Source: Porphyridium purpureum (taxonomy: Eukaryota). From it: a stretch of 64,000 bases of DNA. The translations under genes and the position numbers were made by a program. Under the pieces are notes generated by a model. The model did not search any database, was not told the origin of the DNA, and saw nothing but the letters and a program-made list of their open reading frames with translations. Below, piece by piece: positions 9,581 to 19,981 of the stretch (position 1 is its first letter; every line of letters begins with the position of its first letter). Where the stretch lies: NCBI GenBank assembly GCA_008690995.1, contig VRMN01000002.1, forward strand, positions 248,001 to 312,000. The letters are read 5' to 3'.

Positions 9581-11203
9581 TCAGAAATCCACCAGTTCAC
9601 CCACCAACTTGTACTCCTTATCGAAAAACGCCACCCAGTTCTGAACGTCGGCCTTCTTTGCTTCGGACAAGAGGTCAAGCTCTGCCGCGCCCATGAAAGC
9701 TTGGTCGGCCTGCTCGTAGATTCGCAGGTTACCCGTCGCAAACGCCAGCGTCGAGTCACGACCAGTCAGACAATTGTATGTCTCGCCCTTGCGATAGTGA
9801 TGACGCCCCGTCGACACGTCATACACGCGACCAGCTACACTGAGCAGAATGGGCTTGGAAAGGTCCGAGCCGTCGTACTCGGCCAGCGACTGGCGCGTAA
9901 AGCGGCGCAGCGCCGCTGCGCTGGAGGTCGCTGACTGCATTGTGGCTGCAAGCCGGTCCTCTGCTCCCAGCTCGTTCGCGCTCTGGATGCTTTCGCGCGG
10001 GTGCTGCGAGTGCTTTGGCGACGCTTTCGCCACGGTGCCGTCGGCGCGCGGCGCTCCCTTTTGCATGAGCATCTTCTTAAAATAGGTCCAGGTGGTCTCA
10101 TTGGGTCGCTCCATTTCTGCGGGAGCCGAGAAGAACTCAAAACGTCGCATTTCCACAAGATAGTCCTTGATATCCTGCGGAATATCGTTGAAGCCATTCA
10201 TGAGCTTCTTTCCGCGGCAGTGATAGAGCAGCTGGCCCGGGCGGCTGCCCATTTGCATCCACGGGAGCCACTGGGAGATGCGCACCCAAGAAATATTGCA
10301 CGGTGCCGACGGCATGTCGCGATTCTCCAGGTCCTCCACCTTGGTGTAGAATTGGAAGAGTTCAGACGACTCGTACATGTCAGACGCAGAGTGCTCCGGA
10401 AACTCGGCGCGCGGAAGCGGCGAAGCGTACTTGAGGAACACCTCGGCGTTCCAGAACACGTCTCCGTCCACGGTCGAGGTGGGCACGCCCCATTCGCCAC
10501 GATCAGTCTTGAGCAAAAACTGCTGGTTCACTGGGTCGTTCCACACGTGCACCACCTCATTATCCTCGTCGGTCAGCGGGTTGCGCCACGTGCTCTTGAT
10601 GATTTCGTTCGTGACGGGGTCCTTGTAAATACCCACTTCGCGCGTCAGCATGCGCCAGCCGCCCTCCACGGGCACCATCCGCGCAATATTGTACCCGTCA
10701 AACTTGAAGAGCAACTTTTGCCTCTGGCCCTCCACCACTGCATAGATGTTTCCGGTGAAGAAGAAGGTCTCCTCCTCCATGGGCACCAGCGAGCCGCGCG
10801 CCTTGATAAAGCCGCGCAGATTTTCCTCCGACGACGTGGCGAGCTTGCTCACATCCACGGCGAAGGAGTGCTTTGCCTCGTCGGGCGACAGCTGTGCGCC
10901 AGAGAGCGGGCACACCGACGGCGCGGCGTGCTCCGGGCGCGGCGTCTGCTGCTCGGAGCGCAGGTGCGCGAGGGCGCGATCGAGCGCCGACGCGTACGGC
11001 TCCTTTGCGTCCTCCTTGAACAACATCTGCACGCCTGCGCCCGCGCGCCGCCGCTGCTGCTGCTTCATGAGCTGCAGTGTCGCGCGGCGCGCGCTCCAGT
11101 TGGCCGCCATGAACGGACACATGTGCATGACCTCTGAGAACTGTGCGGAGCGCGGCGCCGACAGCCCCATCTGCGCCATATGCGCCGTCACAAACGCCTC
11201 CAT
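9581..11203 (-). CDS. DUF1838-domain protein fused to a C-terminal cytochrome b5-like heme/steroid-binding (MAPR-type) domain
   Basis: DUF1838-like LFKFDGYN, REVGIYKDPVTNEII, WRNPLT, NDPVN, WLPWMQMG; C-terminal FTRQSLAEYDGSD..ILLSVAGRVYDVSTG..Y....Y..LTGRDST...Y.LVG. Confidence 0.75.
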   Translation of the reverse strand: MEAFVTAHMAQMGLSAPRSAQFSEVMHMCPFMAANWSARRATLQLMKQQQRRRAGAGVQMLFKEDAKEPYASALDRALAHLRSEQQTPRPEHAAPSVCPLSGAQLSPDEAKHSFAVDVSKLATSSEENLRGFIKARGSLVPMEEETFFFTGNIYAVVEGQRQKLLFKFDGYNIARMVPVEGGWRMLTREVGIYKDPVTNEIIKSTWRNPLTDEDNEVVHVWNDPVNQQFLLKTDRGEWGVPTSTVDGDVFWNAEVFLKYASPLPRAEFPEHSASDMYESSELFQFYTKVEDLENRDMPSAPCNISWVRISQWLPWMQMGSRPGQLLYHCRGKKLMNGFNDIPQDIKDYLVEMRRFEFFSAPAEMERPNETTWTYFKKMLMQKGAPRADGTVAKASPKHSQHPRESIQSANELGAEDRLAATMQSATSSAAALRRFTRQSLAEYDGSDLSKPILLSVAGRVYDVSTGRHHYRKGETYNCLTGRDSTLAFATGNLRIYEQADQAFMGAAELDLLSEAKKADVQNWVAFFDKEYKLVGELVDF

Positions 11204-11267
11204 ACTGTGTCTCCTCCTGCCTCCCACTGCGCTACTCAGAACCTCCACTGAGTCCTCTGACTCGCGC

Positions 11268-11290
11268 CACACACACACACACACACACAC
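11268..11290. repeat. (AC)n microsatellite
   Basis: cacacacaca run just upstream of the DUF1838 gene. Confidence 0.85.
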
Positions 11291-12082
11291 TCCCTCTCCA
11301 ACAATTCTTTCGGTCTAACTGCGTCTCTTCTTAATTCATTCGCTCACTCCACAACCGCTCCACCAACCTCCACACCCTTTCGCGGCACACACGCCATTCC
11401 AGTCGCACATGCAAACGCTAAACGGCTCATCCACATTCCACACCCTGTCGAAACCGTTTCGCAACTCCCCTACTAAAACACCGTTGAAACATCACTCAAC
11501 GTCAAACCGGTTCATAACCGGTTCACAATCGGTTTGTGCTGCGTGTCATGTCGGTCTGTCGGTTGGCGCGTGTGGCGAGGCGTGTGTTAGGACTGTCGGC
11601 TCGAGTACAGCGGGGAGTACAGCGCGTTCCCACAAAACGGCGCGGTTTTGTGCAGCGCGATGATCGAGCGCACGTGCAACCAGCGCCACACGCTGTACGC
11701 GGTGAGTGCGTGGGTGTACAGCTGTGGAAGTGGGATGGGTTAGACGAAGGGTTTTCCGTGGATTGTGAACACGCGTGCGCGGTTATTTCGAGGGTTTGGG
11801 AATGGACGTGGTGCGGAGGCGGGTGTTCTGGATGTTGATGTGGGGGGTGTACTGTAGGTACACTCGGGAGTGGCGCGCGGGGGGGTGACGGCCGCGCGGC
11901 GTCAAACATGCGGGCTGGTGGACTCGAGTTAGATGTGGAAGTGCGTGTTTTAGTATGAAAGTGGTCTGAACTGGGAAATGCAGAGCGTTGAGGAAGAGAA
12001 GAAGCGGAAGGCGGGGAGGGAGAGGTTGAAGGAAAGGTGCGAAGGGGGAGGCCGGGGCGAGTAGAGGAACGCGGGAGGCAAG

Positions 12083-12502
12083 ATGCTGATTCCAAAGACA
12101 ACGCGAAAGCTGGTGTACACCAAGCTGTTCGATGAGGGCGTGATGGTGTGCGAAAAGGCGCCGTTCGCCGATAAGCACATGGAGCTGGCCGACGTGCCCA
12201 ACCTCCATGTCATGAAGCTGCTGCAATCGCTCGAGTCAAAGGCCTTTGTCAAGGGGCAGTTCAACTGGAACCATCACTACTACTTCCTCACTGACGAAGG
12301 GATCGAGTACCTCCGAGGCTACTTGAACATGCCGTCCAACCTCGTGCCCAAGACGCACATGCGCAAGGTCAGGGCCGCGCCGGCGCCGGGCGACGCGCGC
12401 GAGAAGAAGATGGGGCCAGGCGGCGACTACCGACCAAGAGATGATGGGTACCGATCGGAGCCGCGAAGGGAAGGATACGGCGGTTTCGGCAGGAGAGAAT
12501 GA
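12083..12502 (+). CDS. RPS10: 40S ribosomal protein S10 (eS10)
   Basis: MLIPK..RK.VY.KLF.EGVMV, VPNLHVMKLLQSLES, W.H.YYFLTDEGIEYLR.YL, VP.T; Gly/Arg tail. Confidence 0.96.
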   Translation: MLIPKTTRKLVYTKLFDEGVMVCEKAPFADKHMELADVPNLHVMKLLQSLESKAFVKGQFNWNHHYYFLTDEGIEYLRGYLNMPSNLVPKTHMRKVRAAPAPGDAREKKMGPGGDYRPRDDGYRSEPRREGYGGFGRRE

Positions 12503-12895
12503 GCGTCCCATATTCAAAGTCCAGACGGTCTCACTTGTGCGGACGCACCGAGACGCGTGCCGGTATGACTTGCGGGTATTGCGGTGTAGGGGTGTCTGAG
12601 GTGTGGCCAGGGCAAAGCAAAGCTTCGAGGTGCGACGCCCAGAGCTGGTTTTGTGCGGCGTGTCGCGCGGAATAAAGTTAAGACTGTTTGGAATTACATG
12701 AAGGCGTGCCCGCCGAGTCTAGGAGCTTCGGATATGCCGGGAACTTTGTTCCGGCAAGGCTGAGGCTCACCATCTGCACTGGCACAGAATCACGCTTCAG
12801 CGCAATCGGAATGACTGATGGATCTGTACATTCCTACCGCATGGTTTATGAACAAAAGGCACTCTAGGTTTGTATTACCCGGATCGCGCTTACTG

Positions 12896-13948
12896 CTACG
12901 ACTTCATACTACCCGAGCGCAGGACATCAATCATGTCAAACACCGTTTGGCTTGCTGAGCCCGAGCCGCGCTGTCGGTCAAGAAACTGGACTGCATCGAC
13001 CGTGCCCTCTGCGTAAACGCGACGCCCGGCCACATTGTGCTGGAATTCAAAATGCACGGAGCCATCTGGACTCGACAGGTGGTATGTGTGGAAAGCATGA
13101 CCAGACGACACGGCGTCCGCCGGTACTCTCATCCGGCTTATGGATTGCTCCGGGTCGCGCACCTTTTCAATTTGGTCCACGTCGAAATCTAGGCCCAGTT
13201 GCTTGAAGCTCGCCACCACAGCCTTGGCAGTCCCAGACGTATCGGCCTTGGTACTCTGGTGGGACTCGACGACGGTCAGAGTGTATCCTTCGAATGCACC
13301 GGGGAACTGCTCGGCCATGATCTTCATGGCTGCCTGGAACGCGACGATCTGCTTGGCCATGTTCGGCGCGACCACGGCGAACATGCCTGCCTTGTCTGCC
13401 ACCTCGCGACGCATGGCGTCTGCATCGCCGCCCGTGGTACCCATAACATAGCATACTCCGCACTCTGCATACAAGCTTGCATTTGCATTGGCGCTGCTCG
13501 GATGGGTGTAGTCGACGCACACTACATTTGGACGCGCAGCCTTGATCTGCTTCAGCACGCTACGGGCCGCGTCCGGCTTGACGAGCTTCACCTCGGAACT
13601 GCCGTCGATGGAGGCCTCGTGCTGTGCCACGCTTGGACCCGTCAGTGCAAACGGCACCAGCGGCAACTTTCGTCGGAGGACGGCGCGCGCCACCTCGGTT
13701 GCCATGGGTCCCGGCACGCCATTCACCATCACGCACAGCTCATCCGAGCGTTCGATCTGCACCTCCATACCATCAACCTGCATGCGGAGCGGCACGCCGC
13801 AGCGGCGCCGCGACGACGCACGCACGCACGGACCGCGCGACACCACCAGCGTGGCACCAGATCGCCCACGGATCCGCGCACTGCTCCCCTCACCGACAGC
13901 CCCCAGCGGCACAAACGCCATCCAGTCCGCGCTCCTGGCCTGGCTCAT
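12896..13948 (-). CDS. dapB: 4-hydroxy-tetrahydrodipicolinate reductase (plant-type DapB), plastid-targeted
   Basis: VMVNGVPGPMA, VDYTHP, VMGTTGGD, VVAPNMAKQIVA, ESHQSTKADTSGTAK, GHAFHTY; alternative start MAFVP at 13921. Confidence 0.92.
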   Translation of the reverse strand: MSQARSADWMAFVPLGAVGEGSSARIRGRSGATLVVSRGPCVRASSRRRCGVPLRMQVDGMEVQIERSDELCVMVNGVPGPMATEVARAVLRRKLPLVPFALTGPSVAQHEASIDGSSEVKLVKPDAARSVLKQIKAARPNVVCVDYTHPSSANANASLYAECGVCYVMGTTGGDADAMRREVADKAGMFAVVAPNMAKQIVAFQAAMKIMAEQFPGAFEGYTLTVVESHQSTKADTSGTAKAVVASFKQLGLDFDVDQIEKVRDPEQSISRMRVPADAVSSGHAFHTYHLSSPDGSVHFEFQHNVAGRRVYAEGTVDAVQFLDRQRGSGSASQTVFDMIDVLRSGSMKS

Positions 13949-14280
13949 CGTGGCACGCTCCCCGCCGTTCGTCGTGTCACGCGTCGGCGCTCGGTCGCCA
14001 CTCCACCTCTCCTCTGTTTCTCACTTGCGCCGGCTCTTCAGCATGTCGCGCCCGCAGCGCACCAGATCATCTAGGGTTCCCGAAACCCTAACAGTACCTT
14101 TTCTTTTAACTGTACCTAGGTGTTCATGCACTGTACTTCGTCGAAGACGCCTGTTCTGGTCTAACGGTCTCACGGTCTAACAGCTTACCGGTTTAATGGT
14201 TTACTGGTTTGTGGAATCGGTTTCAAGATAAGGAGTCGGTTCGCGGGTGGGTGGATGAAGGTAGCGGGATAGATGGATCG

Positions 14281-14979
14281 ATGGCACAGAGAATGCCAGC
14301 CTTTACGGCGCCCGCGGCAATGCGCACGGCGCATGGTCAGCGAGCAGTGACCTCTGCCTGCAAGAACGGAAAGGTGCAACGTGAGTGCGCGGCGTCAGGT
14401 CTGGGTGAGACAGTTGGCTGTCATGAGAATGTGAGGGTGTCCGCACAAGGGGTGCTGCTGAGTGCAGTGCAAGCCGCTCGGATCGAACAGGATAGCCGCC
14501 GCCTGCTCCGCGCCGCGCGGCAGAGAGGCGTCGAGCTGTCGCTCCTCGTGTGTGATGACGAGGTCATGCGCGACCTGAATGCGCGCTACCGGAACGTCGA
14601 TAGGACCACCGACGTGTTGTCGTTTCCCATGGATGGAAGCGTAGATAGCGACGCGAATGACGACCACGACACGAATACTGGCGACACCGACAAGCACAGC
14701 AGCGAGGTACCGGCGGTGCTCCTCGGTGATTTGGTGATCTCGGATGCCAAGGTGCACGAGCAAGCCGCCGAACGCGGCCATCCGTATCGCTCAGAGTTTC
14801 GCATTCTGCTCGTTCACGGCCTCCTGCACTTGCTCGGATACGACCACGAATTGGGTGACGCAGAGTACGAGGAAATGGCCGCAGCCGAAGCCGAGCTTTT
14901 ATCGCGCTTGCACTGGCCGGGATACGGTCTGATAGCTCTCTCCGAACGCTTGATCGGCGACACTGCGACGCTACGTTAA
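14281..14979 (+). CDS. ybeY: YbeY endoribonuclease (rRNA maturation), organellar
   Basis: LNARYRNVDRTTDVLSF, LGDLVIS, HGLLHLLGYDHE zinc motif. Confidence 0.93.
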   Translation: MAQRMPAFTAPAAMRTAHGQRAVTSACKNGKVQRECAASGLGETVGCHENVRVSAQGVLLSAVQAARIEQDSRRLLRAARQRGVELSLLVCDDEVMRDLNARYRNVDRTTDVLSFPMDGSVDSDANDDHDTNTGDTDKHSSEVPAVLLGDLVISDAKVHEQAAERGHPYRSEFRILLVHGLLHLLGYDHELGDAEYEEMAAAEAELLSRLHWPGYGLIALSERLIGDTATLR

Positions 14980-15004
14980 TAAAAAGGAAAAGAACCAGAG
15001 AAAC

Positions 15005-16096
15005 ATGCAACGCGTGCTTTTAGACGGCGGGGTGGCCACCGAGCTGGAGCGTCGCGGCAAGAACCTGACGCAAGGCGCGCTGTGGTCGGCGCGGTGCATC
15101 CAGACTGATGCCGAGGAGCTCGCAGAGGTTCATATTGCTTATTTGCGTGCGGGCGCGCACGTAATTAGCTCGTCCACGTACCAAGCATTCGTCTTGACGC
15201 TGCAGCGAGAGCTCGCGCTTTCCCCTCACGGCGCACGCGCACTGGTTCGTCGCGGCGTGGAGATTGCGGTACAAGCACGAGATCTCTTTGTCGCCGAACA
15301 GCGGCAAGCCGAGCCGCATTCACCCGAGAAGCATGCACGCTTCGTCGCGGCGTCAACAGGCCCGTACGGCGCGTTTCTTGCAGATGGCTCCGAATATGTG
15401 GGCAAGTATGGCGGTCAAGCCGACAGCGTGACTGCATTGAAGGCATTTCATCGCACACAGATCGAGTGCTTTGTGGGAACGCGCGCGGATTTGGTGTTAT
15501 TCGAGACCGTTCCAAACGCGAACGAGATACAGGCGATTGGCGAGCTCATGAACGAGCCCGAGTTTGGCGCACTGCCCTACGCTATCAGCCTTCAGTGCCG
15601 CGTTAGCGACGCAGGCTGCTCACTGCTGGCGGACGGATCGCCGGTTAGCGCCGTGGTGACAAAGTTGGTCGAATTGGATCGGTTCGGCTCGACTCGCTCG
15701 CTGTGTGCTATTGGCGTCAATTGCGTGAGTCCCAATGACGTAAAGCGTTTTGTACTGGACATTCGCGCAGGTATTCAGGAAGCACAACAAAGCAATACGT
15801 CTGCGGATCCGACGCACGCGCACGCGCGTGAAACGCGCGCTTTCATGGCATTTCTTGCAAGCAGAACAAACGACGCGCGTCTGCCTTTTGTAATGTCGTA
15901 CCCGAACTCCGGAGAAGTCTACAACGCCGGCTCAAAAACATGGCAGTGGCCGTACTTATGTTCACAGACGGGCGACTTTGACTCTGAAACAAATCGAATC
16001 GAAAAGTGGCGGGAGCTCCAACTTTCTAGTGGAGCGGAGATACTCGGCGGTTGTTGCCGAACCACCCCGGCGTTCATTCACGCTTTGGGTGACTGA
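15005..16096 (+). CDS. Homocysteine S-methyltransferase (MmuM/HMT)
   Basis: LLDGGVATELE, LWSA, GPYGAFLADGSEY, FETVP, GVNC, YPNSGE, GGCCRT zinc ligands. Confidence 0.92.
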   Translation: MQRVLLDGGVATELERRGKNLTQGALWSARCIQTDAEELAEVHIAYLRAGAHVISSSTYQAFVLTLQRELALSPHGARALVRRGVEIAVQARDLFVAEQRQAEPHSPEKHARFVAASTGPYGAFLADGSEYVGKYGGQADSVTALKAFHRTQIECFVGTRADLVLFETVPNANEIQAIGELMNEPEFGALPYAISLQCRVSDAGCSLLADGSPVSAVVTKLVELDRFGSTRSLCAIGVNCVSPNDVKRFVLDIRAGIQEAQQSNTSADPTHAHARETRAFMAFLASRTNDARLPFVMSYPNSGEVYNAGSKTWQWPYLCSQTGDFDSETNRIEKWRELQLSSGAEILGGCCRTTPAFIHALGD

Positions 16097-16261
16097 GACA
16101 GCGGGAAAGCTGCAAAAAGAGTGCAGCCAGTACAATTTGATTTTGTTCACTGCTGGTGTTGCTGGATATCGTCGTCGTTCTTCCCGACGAGGAACAAGGA
16201 AAATAATATATGGAACCGACGGCGAATCAGCAATCGTATTTGCACGGTTTGAAGAACAAGG

Positions 16262-17371
16262 TCAAAACATTTTGACTTCGTCCATTTGTGACACTCGACT
16301 TATAGGCTCGTGGAGAGCGTCTGCCTTTCTGCCCGAGAAAATATGCAAGCATGTCGCGACGCATATCCACAGGGCGGCCAGAGCAAGACACGTCGCTGTA
16401 ATCACAACGAGGGCGATATGGTGACTCAGCCAAAACACGAAGCCTGTGTCATTATGGTGCCACGTGTCTCCCTTGAACTTTACAAAGAAATGGTCTGTGT
16501 TGCCATTATCATTCTTGCCTCTCCACATGGACTGCGGGACGGCGCGAACTGGCAGAGCATCCACGGAGTGCGTTTGCTTCCAGATATGCCACCATTGGCG
16601 AAACACACTGAACTGAAGCGACAGAAACATGGGCCCTGTAGAGAACATAATATCCGCATAGTAGACGCCCCACTGCTTGTGCCACAAGGGCAGCGCCACC
16701 ACCAACTGTTTCATGAACGGGTGATTCTTGGCCATGACCAGCATTTCGTTTGCAAATCCAATGGGTTGCGAGACGCCCACGAGACCGTCGTAACGCCGTA
16801 GCGCATCGAGCCTGCGACAACATCGAAGATCAACATCAAAGTAGATTCCGCCATAATGCGCGAGAAACATGTACCGGATGGCGTCGGCGCGACTGATCAA
16901 ATGCTTGTATCCGTGCCACGTGCGCATCATTTCTGGGTAGTGCTCCTCGACAAAAGCGTCTGTGCTCTCCTTTGTCCACATGATGTACTCATAGTCTGGA
17001 TGCAGTTTCTTGCACGCCTCGACGTTGGGCACAAACCGTTCTGGCATGGGTGTGCCGCTGTCGCTTATCCAGATCTGATGAATGATTTTGGGCACGCGCA
17101 TCAAGCGCTCCTCTGCGGCTGTGTGACTGTAATTGTAATTCCAGGCGGTTTCATGCTCCTGCTCGGTCCACGGCATATACTCCTGCACTGCGTCTGACCA
17201 CAGCGGCAGCCAGTACACCACGAACGCCGTCGCGACGTGGATCACCAGCAGAACCACTGCGACAATCAGCGCCGCCGCCGTCCACTGTGGCCATCGCCAG
17301 GTCTTCAGACGCTCTGTCGCGCACGTCACTGCTCCTTGCACCCGCCAACGCATGCCGCCCAGCCACTCCAT
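16262..17371 (-). CDS. Glycosyltransferase family 32 (SUR1/CSG1-like inositolphosphoceramide mannosyltransferase)
   Basis: VPKIIHQIW, RADAIRY, YGGIYFDVD (DxD), HPFM, MFSTGPMFLS; N- and C-terminal TM helices. Confidence 0.85.
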   Translation of the reverse strand: MEWLGGMRWRVQGAVTCATERLKTWRWPQWTAAALIVAVVLLVIHVATAFVVYWLPLWSDAVQEYMPWTEQEHETAWNYNYSHTAAEERLMRVPKIIHQIWISDSGTPMPERFVPNVEACKKLHPDYEYIMWTKESTDAFVEEHYPEMMRTWHGYKHLISRADAIRYMFLAHYGGIYFDVDLRCCRRLDALRRYDGLVGVSQPIGFANEMLVMAKNHPFMKQLVVALPLWHKQWGVYYADIMFSTGPMFLSLQFSVFRQWWHIWKQTHSVDALPVRAVPQSMWRGKNDNGNTDHFFVKFKGDTWHHNDTGFVFWLSHHIALVVITATCLALAALWICVATCLHIFSGRKADALHEPISRVSQMDEVKMF

Positions 17372-17474
17372 CTTTGACTGCTGCCTCGCTCTCCTGCCAA
17401 CGACACGCGAGCAGTCTGCGAAGGAACGCGAGACACGGAGAGTCGGGAGTTGGGATAGGTCGGAAGGGGATAAG

Positions 17475-19745
17475 ATGCACGTGCACGTGCCTGGTGTAGG
17501 ATATGTGCGGGGTCTGTCGCAGCGGCAGCTGGCGGTGATTCTGCGCGTGTGCACGCTGGGTACGATCTGGGCAGTAGCGTTCTGCATCCGCATGTTCTCG
17601 GTGCTGCGCTACGAGAGCATCATCCATGAGTTCGACCCGTGGTTCAATTATCGCGCCACAAAGGTGCTGGTGGATGATGGGACCTACGCGTTTTGGAACT
17701 GGTTCGACGCCAGCTCATGGTACCCGTTGGGAAGAATTGTCGGTGGCACCGTGTACCCGGGCATCATGTACACCGCCGCGCTGCTCCACCGGGCATACCG
17801 CGTCATCGGCATCGATCTCGACATCCGCGAAGTTTGTGTCACGCTCGCGCCAGTCTTCTCCGGAATCACAGCCCTGGCAACATACATGCTTACGCAGCAG
17901 ACATGGAATGAGGCTGCTGGCCTCCTGGCTGCCGCATTCGTCGGAATCGTGCCCGGGTACATTGCACGATCTGCGGCTGGATCCTACGACAATGAGGCCG
18001 TTGCAATCACCGCTCTCATACTCACATTTGCCCTTTTTGTCAAGGCCGTCAACACGGGCTCCATCGCGTGGGCCGCGCTCGCCAGTCTGTCGTATTTGTA
18101 CATGGTGTCCTCGTGGGGAGGCTACATATTTGTCATGAATGTTATTCCAATCTACGTGCTGACGCTGCTGCTGATGGGCCGCTATACGAATAGGCTATAC
18201 GTCTCCTTTTGCGCATTTTACGTCCTTGGGACCCTCCTTTCGATGCAGATCCGATTTGTGGGCTTCAACGCTGTGCAGAGCTCGGAGCACATGGGCGCGT
18301 TGGGCGTATTTGGCATTCTGAACTTATACTGCTGTGCCATGTGGATTCAGTCATTCAGCTCACCCCAGACGTTTCGAGCCGTTCTGCGCCTCTTGCTCAT
18401 GGGCGCGCTTTCGTTGGCCGGCATCGCAGCCGTGTACGGAATCTACTCGGGATATATCGGACCGTGGACGGGTCGCTTCTACACGCTACTTGACCCCACG
18501 TACGCGAAGCGCAAAATCCCAATCATCGCATCTGTCGCCGAGCACCAGCCTACGTCATGGAGCGCTTTCTTCTTCGAAAACCATTTTCTGGTCATGCTCA
18601 TGCCCGTAGGTATCTACCATGTCTTGCGTAATCCCAACGATACGAACGTGATACTCGTGGTGTATGGCGTGTTTTCGACCTACTTTACAGGCGTCATGAA
18701 CCGCCTTATGCTTGTGTATACGCCCATGTGCTGCGTCCTGGCAGCCATCGCCATCTCGGAACTGCTCTCCGTGTGGATGGTCCCACTCAAGCAAAAGGGT
18801 GTGATACCGTCGGTTCGTAGCCTGTTCAGATCCGACGTTTCAAGTGAAGACGCTGCAAGTACCTCGGCAGCAGGATCAACGTCCAGGAAAACGGCGAAGC
18901 GAATGTCTAAGCGAGATGCCAGCTCAAGCACCGCTGTTCAGCAGCATGGCACAGCGCCGGTCACGGACCAAGTCGAGGTGAGCCTCGGCTTAATTCTCGT
19001 CGTATTCGGAATGGGCATTGCCTTTGTGCACCATTGTGTGTGGTCGTCCTCGGAGATGCACTCCTCTCCGTCTGTCGTGCTCAGCTACAAAGTGCGGAGC
19101 GGCGATCGAGTGTTCATCGACGATTTCCGGGAAGCTTATCAGTGGTTGAACCAAAACACCGCCTCGAGTACGCGCGTGCTCAGCTGGTGGGATTATGGTT
19201 ATCAGCTCGCTGGCATGAGCAATGTAACTACAATTGTGGACAATAATACATGGAACAACACGCACATTGGAACGGTGGGACGTTGCCTCAACTCGGATGA
19301 GGTCGTAGCGCACCGCATTGCACGCAAACTCGACGTAGACTATGTGCTCGTTGTGTTTGGTGGTCTGATCGGATACGCGTCAGATGATCTGAACAAATTG
19401 ATTTGGCCCATTCGGATCTCTGGCAGCGTCGACCCGTCCGTGAACGAGCGTGACTACCTTACGGCGAACGGAGAATATTCGATCGGAGACGACGCATCAG
19501 AAACCTTGACGAACAGCCTGATGTTCCGACTCAGCTACCATCGCTTTGCCGATGTTGTGGCTCCGTCCGTTGAAAGTCCCATCAGAGATCAGAATCGCGG
19601 TACCGTTTCAAAGAAGGCGCGCGACATTCGGTTGCACAGTTTTGAGGAAGTGTTTACAACCGGCCATTGGCTGGTCCGCATATATAGAGTTAAGCCACCG
19701 CACGCGCGAGGGTTTCCTCTTCTCGCCCCAGTGGCCGAGACTTGA
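17475..19745 (+). CDS. STT3: Oligosaccharyltransferase catalytic subunit STT3
   Basis: IIHEFDPWFNY, WYPLGRIVGGTVYPG, GSYDNE, SVAEHQP, WWDYG, DNNTWNNTHI, DDLNK. Confidence 0.97.
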   Translation: MHVHVPGVGYVRGLSQRQLAVILRVCTLGTIWAVAFCIRMFSVLRYESIIHEFDPWFNYRATKVLVDDGTYAFWNWFDASSWYPLGRIVGGTVYPGIMYTAALLHRAYRVIGIDLDIREVCVTLAPVFSGITALATYMLTQQTWNEAAGLLAAAFVGIVPGYIARSAAGSYDNEAVAITALILTFALFVKAVNTGSIAWAALASLSYLYMVSSWGGYIFVMNVIPIYVLTLLLMGRYTNRLYVSFCAFYVLGTLLSMQIRFVGFNAVQSSEHMGALGVFGILNLYCCAMWIQSFSSPQTFRAVLRLLLMGALSLAGIAAVYGIYSGYIGPWTGRFYTLLDPTYAKRKIPIIASVAEHQPTSWSAFFFENHFLVMLMPVGIYHVLRNPNDTNVILVVYGVFSTYFTGVMNRLMLVYTPMCCVLAAIAISELLSVWMVPLKQKGVIPSVRSLFRSDVSSEDAASTSAAGSTSRKTAKRMSKRDASSSTAVQQHGTAPVTDQVEVSLGLILVVFGMGIAFVHHCVWSSSEMHSSPSVVLSYKVRSGDRVFIDDFREAYQWLNQNTASSTRVLSWWDYGYQLAGMSNVTTIVDNNTWNNTHIGTVGRCLNSDEVVAHRIARKLDVDYVLVVFGGLIGYASDDLNKLIWPIRISGSVDPSVNERDYLTANGEYSIGDDASETLTNSLMFRLSYHRFADVVAPSVESPIRDQNRGTVSKKARDIRLHSFEEVFTTGHWLVRIYRVKPPHARGFPLLAPVAET

Positions 19746-19981
19746 TTTGTCAATTCTTTACGGTTTGTGCAATGCCTGGCCGCATATGGACCAAGAAGGC
19801 GTCATGCAGAGGTAAACTGAAACGCTTGCTTGCGTTCACATTCATACATACGATTGCTTTACTGCTCTCACTAATGATACACTAAACTTCCTCTGGCGAG
19901 AAAAATTCTACTCGAACTCATTCGCGGGTGAGTCGCACAAGCCGCAAGGGGGGCAATCGAAGGGCATGCTTTCATTCTGTC

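Noticed and set aside
12736..12756. Hairpin GCCGGGAAC...GTTCCGGC and possible snoRNA boxes downstream of RPS10
   Set aside because: Short imperfect stem in GC-rich DNA; no canonical C/D box pair or recognisable rRNA guide
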